In this document: positions 23,481 through 36,032 of the stretch, piece after piece
Position numbering within the stretch: position 1 is the first letter of the stretch
Layout of the letters: every line of letters starts with the position of its first letter
Source of the DNA: Squalus acanthias
Lineage: Eukaryota
Assembly (NCBI GenBank): GCA_030390025.1
Contig: CM059431.1
Span: 94,118,001 to 94,182,000, forward strand
Direction: 5' to 3'
Length of the DNA stretch: 64,000 bases
Position numbers and translations under genes: made by a program
Notes under the pieces: generated by a model
Seen by the model: only the letters and a program-made list of their open reading frames with translations
What the model was told of the DNA's origin: nothing
The model's database searches: none

Positions 23481-23776
23481 GTTTCTCTCTCCAAGGATGC
23501 TGCCTGGCCTGCTGAGTTTTTCCAGCGTTTTCTGTTGTTATTAAAAATTACTATTAGTTATGTTTGCTACAGAGGCTAAGGAAATACATAACAATCTAGA
23601 AAATTAACATAAACTGACAAATAGCTTTAAAAGACCTGACACAGCCCCACATAAATGACAGCTCAAAAATGGCCTTCAAGCTCTGAGAGGTGAAAACAAA
23701 TAATTGCTGCAGTGAAAGTGCAGTAGGATACCACTGTCGGTAAACTCAACATTCCTTCAGTCATATTGGAGACAAT

Positions 23777-26700
23777 GGGGGGAAAATTGGGTCTTGCCAA
23801 TTTTGGGGCGCTAATATCGGCCGGGCACAAAGATTAGTGCCGATTGCGAAATTTGCCTCTATCGCCCCTGGAGGTGATTTGAGCGCTAAATCAGGCGCTA
23901 CACACCTCTCTTAAGGTGCTAACATCAGGGAGCGAGGCGCTACCTCAGAACGCTACCGAAGCTCAGGCGATGGGAGGCACATCTGCCAAACACATGGCTG
24001 CACACAATAACGGCTATTCAACTATGAGAGACACAACAGCCAAACACATGACTGCACACAATAACAGCTATTCAACTATGGGAGGCACATCAGCTAAACA
24101 CATGGCTGCACACAATAACGGCTATTCAACTATGGGAGGCACATCTGACAACCACATGGCTGCACACAATAATGACTACTCAACTATGGGAGGCACATCA
24201 GCCAAACACATAGCTGCACACTCACTCAGACGCTGTCCTTTTTCTTGCAGGCCAAGCTCTCTCATAACAGGCGGGAACAGCAATGCACGGGAGGAGGACT
24301 GGCTGACCTATACCCGCTGACCGATTTGGAGGCCAGAGTGCACAGGATCGTTGCCAGCCAGGTCATAGGTGCCGTGGCCGCTGGAGAGATCCACCCCCTT
24401 GGTGACAGCAATGGTATGTTCATCAGCTTTCTCTCCTCTCTCATACCACTTGCCTCTCACAACACCAGCCTTTTACACTTTCAATCCAACTAACAGTTTC
24501 TAGTCCTTGCTCCCTTCCTGCCCCCCCACTAAAGCCACTCTTGTATCTTCCTGCTTTCAGATACTGAACCACCAGCTGACCAGCCTGTCCCTCAACCTGC
24601 CAGTGGCAGCGACGCCCCAGACAAGGAGGAAGAGGAAGTCGGAGCCTCACCGCCTGCATGTCCCAAGGATGACACATCCGACACTGGGGCCACGCCTTCC
24701 CTGGAGGGGAGCAGGGGGTTAGGGTCTGATGAGGGTGAAGCTCCTGGACCCAGCGGGCTGCAGCAATGCCATGGGGGTAGGGAAGCTCGGGGGCCATCTC
24801 CCCGGAGGGTGAGTAGGCGCACGGGTTCTGCTGCACAGGACTCGGATGAGGACCTCGACATCGCGGCCATGAATACCCAGGCCTTGAGCATGCACACTGA
24901 GCTCATGGGTGCAATGACAAGGGTGCCCGACAGCATGGATACACTGGCTAGGTGCGTGGAGGAGTCCGCCGCCAGCACAGCTGTCATCTGTGCGCAAACC
25001 CTTGAACCCATCCTTGCCTCGTTGCAGAGGATGGTGGAATTGCAGGGAGACTGTGGTGAACCAGAGCCCATGCCGCGTGTAATGGGTGAGGTGGCAGGAT
25101 CCATTGCAGCACAGGCCGACGCAACGCATCGTAACGGCTTAGTGCTGCAATCAAATCATTGGCTGGTGCCATCCAGTCTCAGACTGCTCTCATGCAGTCT
25201 CAGATTGATGTCATGCAAGTGCAGACTGCTGCCATCCTCCCTGTGTCGCCCACAGTCCCACGGGGATCTCACGGTGCCGCAGCAGGCCAGCAATCTGTGC
25301 TCGAGTAGATTGCTCCGGATGCTGAGGTGCTGCCCCGGGGGAGTGACAGTGTGTCGGTCGAGCAGGAAGGTGCTGTCCTCTCTCAGGATGACAGCATTCC
25401 TGCTCCCACCACTGCCACTTCCCCATTGCACTTGGCACAACCTGTAACACAGCCAGCCCAGACTGCTGCCGCCCATGCAAAGTTGGTGCAGTCTGCAGCC
25501 AGGCCCTCCAGGCCCAGAGCTGGTCGAGGGCGTCCTTCAAGGCCATCTGCAGTCTCTGGATCCAGAACTCAGCAGCCTTCCACCAGCCCTGCTGCAGCCA
25601 CTGGGGCCACATTACAGAGGAGCAGAAGGGTGGGAAGGGAGGAAGTGCGCAAGGGCTGGAGATCACCCTCGAAGGCCCAGCAGTAGAATCTGTAAATAAA
25701 TGGGGGGAATGTTTGTGGGAAAGTTCGAGGTTGTTGTTATTATATTTGTTTACTATTTTGCCGTTTATCTCCATGTTGTGAGAACGAGTTTTGTTAGTTC
25801 ATGAATTGTTGGGTTTGTTTCTAATTGTTTGTCCGAATAAATCACACAGAGATTGTAATGTAAATACATTTTTTTATTGTTACTTTACAACTTTCCTGAT
25901 TTGACTCATTGCCGCTTTTCCCGGCATAGTGGGTGCGGGATGCTTTCGATGATGTGCTTCTTCATCCCAGAAGCCATCTTCTCTGTAAAGGGTTAGTCTT
26001 ATGAGCTGTTCACGGACGGCCCTTGCAGTGGCAACATTGTGCACCTCCCTCCCATGTTGGTGCTGCTGATCCTCCTCTTCATCCTCCTCCTCTTCCTCTC
26101 CCTCTTCCTCCTCCTCCTCAGGTGGTCCACCAATCCCTGGTGGCAATGGTTGGATCCTCATGATTGCAATGTTATGCAGCACACAACAATGAAAAGGGAG
26201 ACTCGCTCGGGAGAGTACTGCAGGGCTCCTCCTGAGTGGTCCAGACACCGGAACCGTTGTTTCAACACGCCGATCGTCTGCTCTATGAGGTTCCTGATGG
26301 CGCTATGGCTCTCATTATATTGCAGTTCGGCAGGGGTGTTGGGGGTTATGGAGCGCTGTCATCAGTCAGGTGCAGAGTGGGTAACCCTTGTCCCCGAGGT
26401 TGACGTGGTGCTTGGAAGAGGTCTGCGACACCAGTCTGGCGCAGGATGAAAGCATCGTGGCTGCTGCCAGGATAACGGGCATTGACGGCGAGTATGAGCT
26501 GTCTGTGGTCACAGACCAACTGGACATTCAAAGAGTGGAAGCCCTTGCGGTTTCAGAAAACCTCTGCATTCTCATGAGGTGCCCGCAATGCCACATGCGT
26601 GCAGTCAATGGCGCCCTGAACCACGGGGAAGTCTGCTATCCTAGCGAAGCCACATGCGCGTTCGCACTGTTTGTCCCGGGTCATGGGGAAAGAGATGTAC

Positions 26701-27589
26701 TGGCGGCTCCTTTTTTGTCACCTCCCGGATGCAACAATGAATGGCGAACTGCGAGATATTCGCTATGTCCCCAATAGAAGCCTGAAAGGAGCCACTGGCA
26801 TAAAAATTCAGAGCCACCGTCACCTTCACTGCCACAACAGAGACGTCCTGGTCCTGAGCTGAGGCTGCAGATCTGGTTGCAGGAGGCGGCAGAGCTCAGT
26901 GACCACCACCTTGCTGAAGTGCAGTCTGCGGAAACACTGCTCCTCGGACAAATGAATATAGGAGAATTGCTCCCGGAATGCCCTGGGCGGGTAAGGTCTC
27001 CTGTGCAGAGGCCTGTTGGCCCTTTGCACGTTGCCACATTTGTCACACTCTCTCTCTGCGCCTCTGCTGCCTCCGAAGGTGAAGCTGGATGACGCCATGA
27101 GTTAGTGCAGCCCCCATAGAAGCTTCTAAATATGGTAAATATGAAGGTGAAATAAATATTAACCTCCAAAGTGGTTCTCAGGACACAAAACTCCTTAGAG
27201 CAGCGTCAAATCTCTCCAGATGTCTCTCTCCCTCTCAACCTGCGTGTTCCAAAAATTTTGCCGACAAGAAAAGGCAGAAAGCGCCCGCCTTTAAATAGCG
27301 CTCCCCCAGCCCCTTCCCGACTTGAAAACGTTCCTAGCGGCAGGCGGAAAGGCAGGGGGTGTGACTCAATTTCCGGTCCGGGGCGCTAACGGGGCGTTAC
27401 ACGCTCGACTGACATCACGATCTGTGGGCGCAGGAGATCATGGCGGTAGTGATTGGCGCCAGTGCAAAATGACGTCAATTTCGCGAGCGGTGCTAAAATC
27501 GCTGTGCTCGGGCGCTAAGTTCCTAACGGCCCGTTAGCGCCCCCCTGGAGGAGCTAATGGGAGGCGCTAACCAACTGAATTTTTCCCCC
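23777..27589. mobile_element. PIF/Harbinger transposon, decayed related copy C (3813 bp)
   Basis: TIR GGGGGGAAAATTGGGT / ACTGAATTTTTCCCCC; TSD AAT; Myb gene lacks exon 1 (24251-25686, +); frameshifted transposase (~25990-27117, -). Confidence 0.93.
23970..24221 (+). repeat. 54-bp tandem repeat x~4.7, diverged homologue of the 16525 repeat
   Basis: ATGGGAGGCACATCTGCCAAACACATGGCTGCACACAATAACGGCTATTCAACT units. Confidence 0.92.
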
Positions 27590-27887
27590 AATAAACCTAG
27601 AAGAAGATTTTCCTTTTTAGCACTGTGATGTAAAGCTTTGTCTGGGCAGAATGCATAGAAGAAAATGTTGGATGGTGAGGATCACATGACTGTAATGGAG
27701 GCCTCCCAATTTTACATGCGTTTAAATTAATAGATGGAAAATCACATGAGCTCAACGTTCTGCCCAGGCAATGCTTTACTCCCAAGCATTAAAGCAGAAA
27801 CCTGCCCCCAATGGTTTATTTTACGATTCCTTGATCCCAACATGCAGCCAAATGTGACAGGAACACAGGCTAGAAAATCAAAAGTAT

Positions 27888-28630
27888 GGGCCAGAATTTT
27901 CTATCAAAATAACGGTGTGGCTACTGCTGCTCATCTTTATTTAGCAACGTCAGGTGAGGAGCAGATGCGCAGTTAAATGCAAGTATCCAAAAGTTGCTGT
28001 CTGAGTTGTGCCGCTCCGCTGTTAGCTTTGTGAAAACGGCATTTCGCTGTGTGCCTCACCATTGACATGCATTGAATGTAGCTGTATTTACACGGCAGAT
28101 ACGAACTAAACCTGTCCCAGGTACTTAGGGCTTGGTAGCCTAAATACACTTTTAACAACGTGATAATTGTTAATTATTGCCAATAAACCTCTCTGGCACT
28201 TAAAATGAATTATTACAAATGTGGAGTCTCATTCCTTCAGGCTTTGAATTTTTCGGGGAGATTTAAAAAAAATTAATTAATAAAATGTTTTCTTACTTTT
28301 CCTTTCTGTATCTTTTATCTTTCTCTTAATCCAATCTTTCCCCCACCCCTCTCTTTATTTCTCTTTCTGTGTCTGAATTGACATTGAATTCACCCTTTTA
28401 ATTCACCCTTCTTCTCAGTCCTTCCTGTGCTTATTTCATTGGTTAAGGAGATACACTGTTGGTTTCCCTGTTCACTCAGGTTCCAGATGCCCTGTTTCTC
28501 TCGCTGCACCATTATCAGCTCGCACTTTCACCAACATTGTGGGCAAAAACCTTTTGAGCTGAAGGGTGCAGGGGCAAGTCTAACTAATGGCAGACGCCAT
28601 TAGATGCCCTGATGCAGCCAATTCTGGCCC
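27888..28630. mobile_element. MITE, Harbinger-type (743 bp)
   Basis: Perfect 11-bp TIR GGGCCAGAATT; TSD TAT. Confidence 0.85.
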
Positions 28631-29405
28631 TATAATGTTGTAGTTCTACTTCCAATATACTTGTGGATCCAGCTTGGGATCCCTGAATTTACCCTTATAA
28701 GTCTAAAGGATACAATTGTTGAAGAATCAAAGTTTATTTTCTAGAAGGGGGTTCTAGGACCATGTCTTGCCCCAGACAATTTAGATTTTTTACCATTTTA
28801 TTTGGTGCGTTTTCCAGCATTTTGAGGTGTGCAATGAGGAAAAGTATTGAGGTTCTTTTTAATAATAAACTAAAAGGGCTTTTGCTTGATTATGTTGAAA
28901 ACTACACTCTATTTCACATTTAGGAATTAAAATATATATATATATTCTGAAGCTTCTTTCTCCCAGTAACAGCAGAATATCCATTACTGGGACAAAAAGC
29001 TTTAATTTTTTTTAATTACTTATGGGATTCAAACCTGATCTTATTGACAATTATATCATTCAAATTAGGACTGCAGAAAAAATGCAAAATTGAACTACTT
29101 CCAAATGTTGCCCTCATCTACACCCAGCCGCCCACCCCCACCTCTTGAAGATAGTGGTGAATTCCAGAGTGAGCTGGGGACATTGCTCCCCCCTGGAAAA
29201 TGTTGCATTTTTAGATTAATGCTGGATTATGATAAATGTTAAACATATTTTACTTTGCAATTGAAAAGATCTTAATCTAACAAAGGAAAGGTAAGTGACA
29301 TTTGGGATTTCATCAGATCATCACATCCACTGAAGTTTCCTCAACTCTTCCCCCTTCACAGAGATAATCTCTCCCTGTAGTCCCTTCTCAAACTTCACAA
29401 CAGCA

Positions 29406-31070
29406 TGTGAAGGAAAAAGCCATATAACCTATTCAGAAAAATACACCATTCTATGAAAGAATTCTGGCCTTATTAAAACATGACAAACTGGGTTTGGAAA
29501 TTTAGAAACCTAACTATGAAATAGCTATGAAAGAATTCTGGCTATTGAGATAAGACAGTTGTTGACCCTGAATAAATAACCTTATTGAAACAGAAGGTTA
29601 AGGGCTCCGACAGGCTGAACTTTTTGGATGAAACAATGGTTCACCCTGGATAAGGTGTTCTAATTTACACTTCGTAAAGAAGCATATAAAGTAAGGAACA
29701 TCTGCCCTCGTAAAGATGACATAAAGTAAAAAAAAACCTGCTGTCACACCGTTTTTTATATGGTAAGCTTAGAACACCTCAAGATGAGACATGAGTCTGG
29801 CAGAGGTCAGCAGAAAAATGAAAAGAGATAATTAGCTTACATCAGCAGAAAACCTTAAAGGAAATACCAATGGAAAAGGGTATAAATATTGAACTCTCAA
29901 ATGGGATAACAGACTCACTTTAATCGGGAAAAGCGATTCTCGGCTTCAGAGGCGGCTCTGTAAGTTTCCAACTCTTTGGGGGAAAAATTCAGTTGGTTGC
30001 GCCTCCCGTTAGCGCCTTAAGAGGGCGCTAATGGGGCGCAAAGCAGCAAGCGCCCGGGCGCAGCGATGTTTGCGCCGCTCGTGAAATTAACTAGACATTT
30101 TGCGGCGGCGCTAAACACTACCGCCACGATCTCCTGCGCCGGCAGATCGTGACGTCAGACGAGTGTGCAACGCCCCGGTATCGCCCCGGACCGGTATTGA
30201 GTGGCGCCCCCTGCCTTACCGCCTGACGCTAGCAACGACAGGTTGATAGGAGCGTTCTTCTGTCATGAAGGGAAAGGGGGAGCGCTATTTAAAGGTGACC
30301 GCTTCCTGCCTTTTATTGTTGGTGCCATTTTTGAACTACGCATTCTGAGAGAGAGTGAGAGAGACTTCTGGAGAGATTCAACGTTGTGTGAAGGAGTTTT
30401 GGGTACTGAGCAGCACTTTGCAGGTTCATTTTGATTTGCCATTCCTTGTATCGATTTAGAAGAGACTGTGGGGGCTGCACTCTGAGCTCGTTGCCTGGTA
30501 CTCTCCATTGTTCTTTCCAGCAGATTTGATGTGCAGGTCTCTCCAGGCTGAGATTCAAGGCTGCAATGAGCAGGATGTGGATGGAAAGCAAGATCAACCA
30601 TCCTCTTTAAGAACTGGCCCATGCCATTGTGTGTGTGTTCCATTGCTGACTGACATTACATGAGCTTCGCCAGCGCTCTGAGTTAGCGCCTCACTCCTCG
30701 GCCTTTGCGCCTTAAGACAGGTGTGCAGTGCCTGATTTAGCGCTCCAATCACCTCCCGGGGCATTAAAAGTGAAGTTTGCAGTCAGTGGCGATAATTAGC
30801 GCCAGGCGCTAATCTTTGCGCCCGGACGATATTTGCGCCCCAAACGGGGCGCGACTGAATTTTTCCCCCTTTGAACCTCGGGGATCAAAGGTATTTGATT
30901 TTGGTGGATATCCTGTAGAATACTAAGAACTATAAAATTGTAGCAAAGTTAAGATTTGAAAGTAAGGTTCTCTGATAATAAGATTGTAAGCTTTCTCTTT
31001 TTGAAACTGTTAATGTTGCGACTGAATCACCAACTGTAAACTGCATGTCGATTCTTTAATAAATCTATAG
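29406..31070 (+). mobile_element. LTR-like repeat split by a MITE; homologous to 47660-48739 (reverse)
   Basis: Collinear similarity blocks such as ATTCAGAAAAATACACCAT and GTTAATGTTGCGACTGAATCACCAA; TATAAA at 29881 and AATAAA at ~31058. Confidence 0.7.
29978..30869 (-). mobile_element. Non-autonomous Harbinger (892 bp), inverted copy of the 332-1220 family
   Basis: Perfect 16-bp TIR GGGGGAAAAATTCAGT; TSD TTT; highly similar to the reverse complement of 332-1220. Confidence 0.94.
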
Positions 31071-32752
31071 TTTGACAGTTAAGGTTAATAGTTTATAAAG
31101 TTTAGAAGGTCTTAATTTTGTGGTTATAGTTTCGAAGGTCTCTATTGTGTAGCCGGGAGTGCTAGTAAACAAGGGCCCTTGAGTATATCATTTAATTGTA
31201 GTGTAATTAGTGATATTGATTTGATTTAATTTAATTTAAATTAATTAAAGGGTAAGTCATGGTAGCACAGCTCAGCCCCATGGCATGCTCCTCCTGCACT
31301 ATGTGGGAAATCAGGGACACTTCCTGTATCACTGACAACAATGTGTGCGGGAAGTGTATCCAGCTGCAGCTACTGGCAGACCACATTGCGGCGCTGGAGC
31401 TGCGAATGGATACATACTGGAGCATTCGCGATGCTGAGGACATCGTGGATAGCATGTTTAATGAGTTGGTCACACCGCAGGTAAAGGCTGCACAGGCAGG
31501 AAGGGAATGGGTGACCGTCGGGCAGAGAAGTAGGCGCAGGCAGGTAGTGCAGGGGTCCCCTGTGGCCATCCCCCTCTCAAGCAGATATACCGCTTTGGAT
31601 ATTGTTGAGGGAGATGGCTTATTGGGGGAAGGCAGCAGCAGCCAACTTCCTGGCACCATGGGTGGTTCTGCTGCACAGGACGGGAGGAAAAAGAGCGGTA
31701 GAGCTATGTGATAGGGGATTCTATTGTAAGGGGAATAGATAGGCATTTCTGCAGCCACAAACGAGACTCCAGGATGGTATGTTGCCTCCCTGGTGCAAGG
31801 GTCAAGGATGTCTTGGAGCGGCTGCAGGGCATTCTGGAGGGGGAGGGTGAACAGCCAGTTGTCGTGGTGCATATTGGTGCCAACGATATAGGTAAAAAAT
31901 GGGATGCGGTCCTAAAAGCTGAATATAGGGAGTTAGGAGGTAAATTAAAAAATAGGACCTCAAAGGTAGTAATCTCAGGATTGCTACCAGTGCCACGTGC
32001 TAGTCAGAGTAGAAATAGAAGGATATTTCAGATGAATACGTGGCTAGAGGAAAGGTGCAAGGGGGAGGGATTCAAATTCCTGGGACATTGGAACCGGTTC
32101 TGGGGGAGGTGGGGCCAGTACAAACTGGACGGTTTGCACCTGGGCAGGACCGGGACCGATGTCCTCGGGGGAGTGTGCTAGTGCTGTTGGGGAGGGTTTA
32201 AACTAAAGTGGCAGGGGGTTGGGAACCTGTGCAGGGAGACAGAGGAAAGGGAAGCAAAGATAGAAGCAAAAGACAGGAAGGAGAAAAGCAAAAGTGGAAG
32301 TCAGAGAAATCAAGGATGTAAATCAAACATGGCCACAGTAAACAATAATTCTAAAAGGCCTAAGAGTGTTAAAAAAACAAGCTTGAAGGCTTTGGGGTAG
32401 AAATTAGGTCGCGCCCCATTTGGGGCGCAAATATCGTCCGGACGCAAATATTAGCGCCTGACGCTAATTATCGGCACTGACTGGAAACTTCACTTTTACC
32501 GCCCCGGGAGGTGAGTGGAGCGCTAAAGCAGGCGCTGCACACCTGTCTTAAGGCGCAAAGGCCAAGGAGTGAGGCGCTAACTCAGCGCGCGAGCGCAGCG
32601 CAGCTGCTGCCAGTTAGCGAGGGAACACAGACACACTGGCGCCGGCCACTTCTGAAAGCGGGGGGGGGCCACTTGCTCCCCAGCCACACCCTGCTCATTG
32701 CAGCCTTGAAACTCAGCCTGGAGAGACCTGTGAATCCATTTTGCTGCCAAGC

Positions 32753-34577
32753 ATGGAGAGGGTGAGAGAACGCGCTCATCGCTTCACCGAGCGGGCCTTG
32801 GATGCTCTGGTTGGCGCAGTGGAGCGCAGACGATGTATGCTCTTCCCTGAGAGTGGCAGGAGGCCTTTGCCACGCGAGTTCAGAAGAGTGTGGAGGGAGG
32901 TGGCTCAGAGCGTCTCCTCCAGGAGCATGGTGCCCAGGACCCATACTCAATGCCGCAAAAAGTTCAACGACCTCACTCGGGTCGTCAGGGTGAGTGGCTT
33001 TTTCTCAATACCTCTCCATCACTCCATCTCAACCTCACTCTATGGCCAGAGGGTCTTAAAACCCCAATGCACAACACTCATCCAACACCTATGGCCCTTT
33101 CATCAAACACACACACACATTCCACACTTTGCATACAGTAAGGGCTATTCACCTATGGGAGGCACATCAGGCAAGACCATGGCTGTATATTGTAAGGGCT
33201 ATTCACCTATGGGAGGCACATCAGGCAAGACCATGGCTGTATATTTACTTAGATGCTGTCCTTTTTCTTGCAGGCTAAGCTGGCTCATAATAGGAGACAG
33301 CAGCAACGGACAGGTGGAGGGCGGCCTCAGCTGCAACCCCTCAGCGATCTTGAGGAGCGCGTCCACAGGATTGTGGCAAGCCGGGTGATCGGTCCCGTCG
33401 CCACTGGAGACGCCGACCCCGTTCTGGACAGCAATGGTAAGGTCATCACCTTTTTGTCCTCTGTCCTTCCACTTGTCCCTCACAACACCAGCCTTTGACA
33501 CTTTCAATCCAACTTGCTAACTCGCTGCAGTTATTCCTCCCTTACTGCCACCTTGTCCTCACGCTAAAGCCACTCTTGTACCTCCCTGCTTTCAGATGGT
33601 GATTCACCAGCTGAGGAGACGGGCCCTGAAGCTGCCACTGGGAGTGATGCTGCAGCTGAGGAGGAAGAGGAAGCCGGAGCATCAGTGCCACCCTCTCCCG
33701 AGGAAGCCCATGCCCACACTGGGAACACGCCTTCCCCGGAGGGGAGCAGGGGGGAAGGGGCTGATGAGGGTGAAGCTCCAGGACCCAGCGGGTTGCAGCA
33801 ACGCCATGGGGGGGGGGTAGGGAAGAACGGGGGCCTTCTCCCCAGAGGGAGAGTATGCCAGACACTCCTACTGCAATGGACGCAGAGGAGGAGCGGCTGA
33901 TTGCAGAAATGAACACCCAGGCGGTGGGCATGCACACTGAGCTCATGGGTGCAGTGGGAAGGGTGCCCGAATGCATTGAGTCACTGGCAAGGAGTGTGGA
34001 GCATTTCGCTGTAGCACAGGCGGATGCCACACTAATGCTTAGTGCTGCAATTCAGTCACTGGCTGCCGTGATCCCATCTCTGACTGCTCTCATACAGACT
34101 CAGATTGAGGCCACGCGAGCACAGACTGCTGCCAACCTCGATGGTTCGTGCACATGTCCCCGGGGCTGTCACTGTGCCGCAGCAGGCCAGCAATCTGTTC
34201 TCCGGCAGATTGCTCCGGATGCTGAAGTGCTGCCCCGTGGGAGTGCCAGTGTGTCGGGCGAGCAGGGAGTTGCTGTCCTCTCTCACGATGACAGCATTCC
34301 TGCTGCCAACACTGTCACTTCTCCACTGCACTTGCCACCGCCTGTAGGACAGACTGCTGCCGCCCATGCAGAGTTGGTGCAGTCTGCAGCCGGGCCCTCC
34401 AGGCCCAGAACTGGTCGAGGCCGTCCTTCAGGGGCATCTGCAGTGTCAGGGTCTGACGAGCAGCAGCCTTCCACCAGCCTTGCTGCAGCCACTGAGGTCC
34501 CATTACGGAGGAGCAGTAGGGTTAGAAGGGGGGAAGTGCGCAAGGGAAGGAGATCACCCTCGAAGGGCAAAAAGTAG
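32753..34577 (+). pseudogene. Harbinger Myb/SANT-like gene (exons 32753-32989, 33274-33436, 33596-34577); frameshift in exon 3
   Basis: The G5 run of copy A is G10 here (33808-33817). Confidence 0.8.
33131..33238 (+). repeat. 54-bp tandem repeat x2
   Basis: Same unit as at 16525-16686. Confidence 0.9.
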
Positions 34578-34871
34578 GAGGTGTGACAAAATGCTGGTCA
34601 TTTTTTTATTAAAGGCCGAGGTTCATGGTCCAACTTTTGTTTAGTGTTTTGGACATTATCTCCAGGTTGTGAGAACCAGTTATGTTATTGACTGTTTTTT
34701 TGTGTTTATTTCTATGAGTTTGTCATGAGGAATTGACACACACAGAGTTTGTAAAATAAATAAGTTTCTGTATTCAAAATATACATGGTTGGTGGTTGGA
34801 ATTATTGGTGCCTTGGCCGGCTTAGGGGTTGCGTGCTGGGTTGATTAATGTTGGTAGCAATGGCAGGGGCC

Positions 34872-36032
34872 CTAGAAGCGGCTTGCTATTAGCCGTTGAC
34901 GGATGGCCCTTGCAGTTTGACCATTGTGGGCCGCCCTCCCGCCTTGGTGCTGCTGATGATCATCGTCCTCGTCCTCTTCCTCCTCTTCCTCCTCCTCCTC
35001 TGGTGGTGCTCCAAGGCCTGGTGGCATTGGCTGGGTCTTGAGGATTGCCATGTTATGCAACATGCAGCACACGACTACGAAGTTCGATACTTGCTCAGGC
35101 GAGTACTGCAGGGCTCCTCCGGAATGGTCCAGACAGCGGAACCGTTGTTTCAGCACGCCGATTGTGCGCTCAATAATGTTCCTGGTTGCTTGATGGCTTT
35201 CATTGTACCGCAGCTCAGCAGGGGTGTTGGGCGTACGGAGCGGTGTCATCAGCCAGGTGCTCAATGCATACCCCTTGTCCCCGAGAAGCCAACCAACTGG
35301 CTGATGCGGTGCCTCGAAAAGTTCTGCCACAGTAGTCTGGCGCAGGATAAAAGCATCGTGGCAGCTGCCAGGATAGTGAGCATTGACAGCGAGTATCAGC
35401 TGTCTGTGGTCACAGACCAACTGGACATTCAAGGAATGGAACCCCTTTCTGTTCCTGAATTCCTCTGCATTCTCACGCGGAGCACGCAAAGCCACATGCG
35501 TGCAGTCAATGGCGCCCTGCACCATGGGGAAGCCCGCTACCCTCGCAAAGCCCAGAGCGCGGTCACGCTGCTTGTCTGGGGTCATAGGGAAAGAGATGAA
35601 CTCTCGTCTCCTTCTGAAGAGGGCATTTGTGACCTGCCGGATGCAGCAATGCACCGCGAACTGGGAGATATTGGCGAGGTCCCCAACAGCAGCTTGGAAT
35701 GAGCCAGTGGCGTAAAAGTTCAAAGCCACTGTGACCTTCACTGCCACCGACAGAGACGTCCTGGACCTCAGTTGAGGCTGCAGATCTGGCTGCAGCAGGT
35801 GGCAGAGCTCAGTGACCACCTCCTTGCTGAATCGCAGCCTTCGCAAACACAGCTCCTCGGACATATGGATGTAGGAGAGCTGTTCACGATATACCCTGGG
35901 AGGGTAAGCTCTCCTGTACAGACGCCTGATGGCCCTCCTCCGTCTGGCCATCATTGCCACTCTCTCTCTGCGTCTCTGTATCCTCCGATTCAGCTGGAGC
36001 AGGACGACGCCCCCAATCAGTGCAGCCCCCAT
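34872..36032 (-). CDS. Harbinger DDE transposase, 386 aa, apparently intact
   Basis: AIDCTH, GDKGY and IIERTIGVLKQRFRCL motifs; no stops. Confidence 0.95.
   Translation of the reverse strand: MGAALIGGVVLLQLNRRIQRRRERVAMMARRRRAIRRLYRRAYPPRVYREQLSYIHMSEELCLRRLRFSKEVVTELCHLLQPDLQPQLRSRTSLSVAVKVTVALNFYATGSFQAAVGDLANISQFAVHCCIRQVTNALFRRRREFISFPMTPDKQRDRALGFARVAGFPMVQGAIDCTHVALRAPRENAEEFRNRKGFHSLNVQLVCDHRQLILAVNAHYPGSCHDAFILRQTTVAELFEAPHQPVGWLLGDKGYALSTWLMTPLRTPNTPAELRYNESHQATRNIIERTIGVLKQRFRCLDHSGGALQYSPEQVSNFVVVCCMLHNMAILKTQPMPPGLGAPPEEEEEEEEEDEDDDHQQHQGGRAAHNGQTARAIRQRLIASRF

Larger units (their letters stand above)
21197..23542 (+). mobile_element. Penelope-like retroelement, 5'-truncated, with an inverted copy of its 3' end
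   Basis: RT and GIY-YIG motifs; ~21235-21873 is the reverse complement of ~22897-23538; 14-bp TSD AAAAATTACTATTA (21183-21196, 23543-23556). Confidence 0.93.

Noticed and set aside
29285..29297. Consensus splice donor AAG|GTAAGT
   Set aside because: There is no convincing upstream acceptor or open exon.
34872..36032. Domesticated HARBI1 or NAIF1/MSANTD host genes
   Set aside because: The genes are bounded by TIRs and TSDs and are multicopy, so they are transposon genes.
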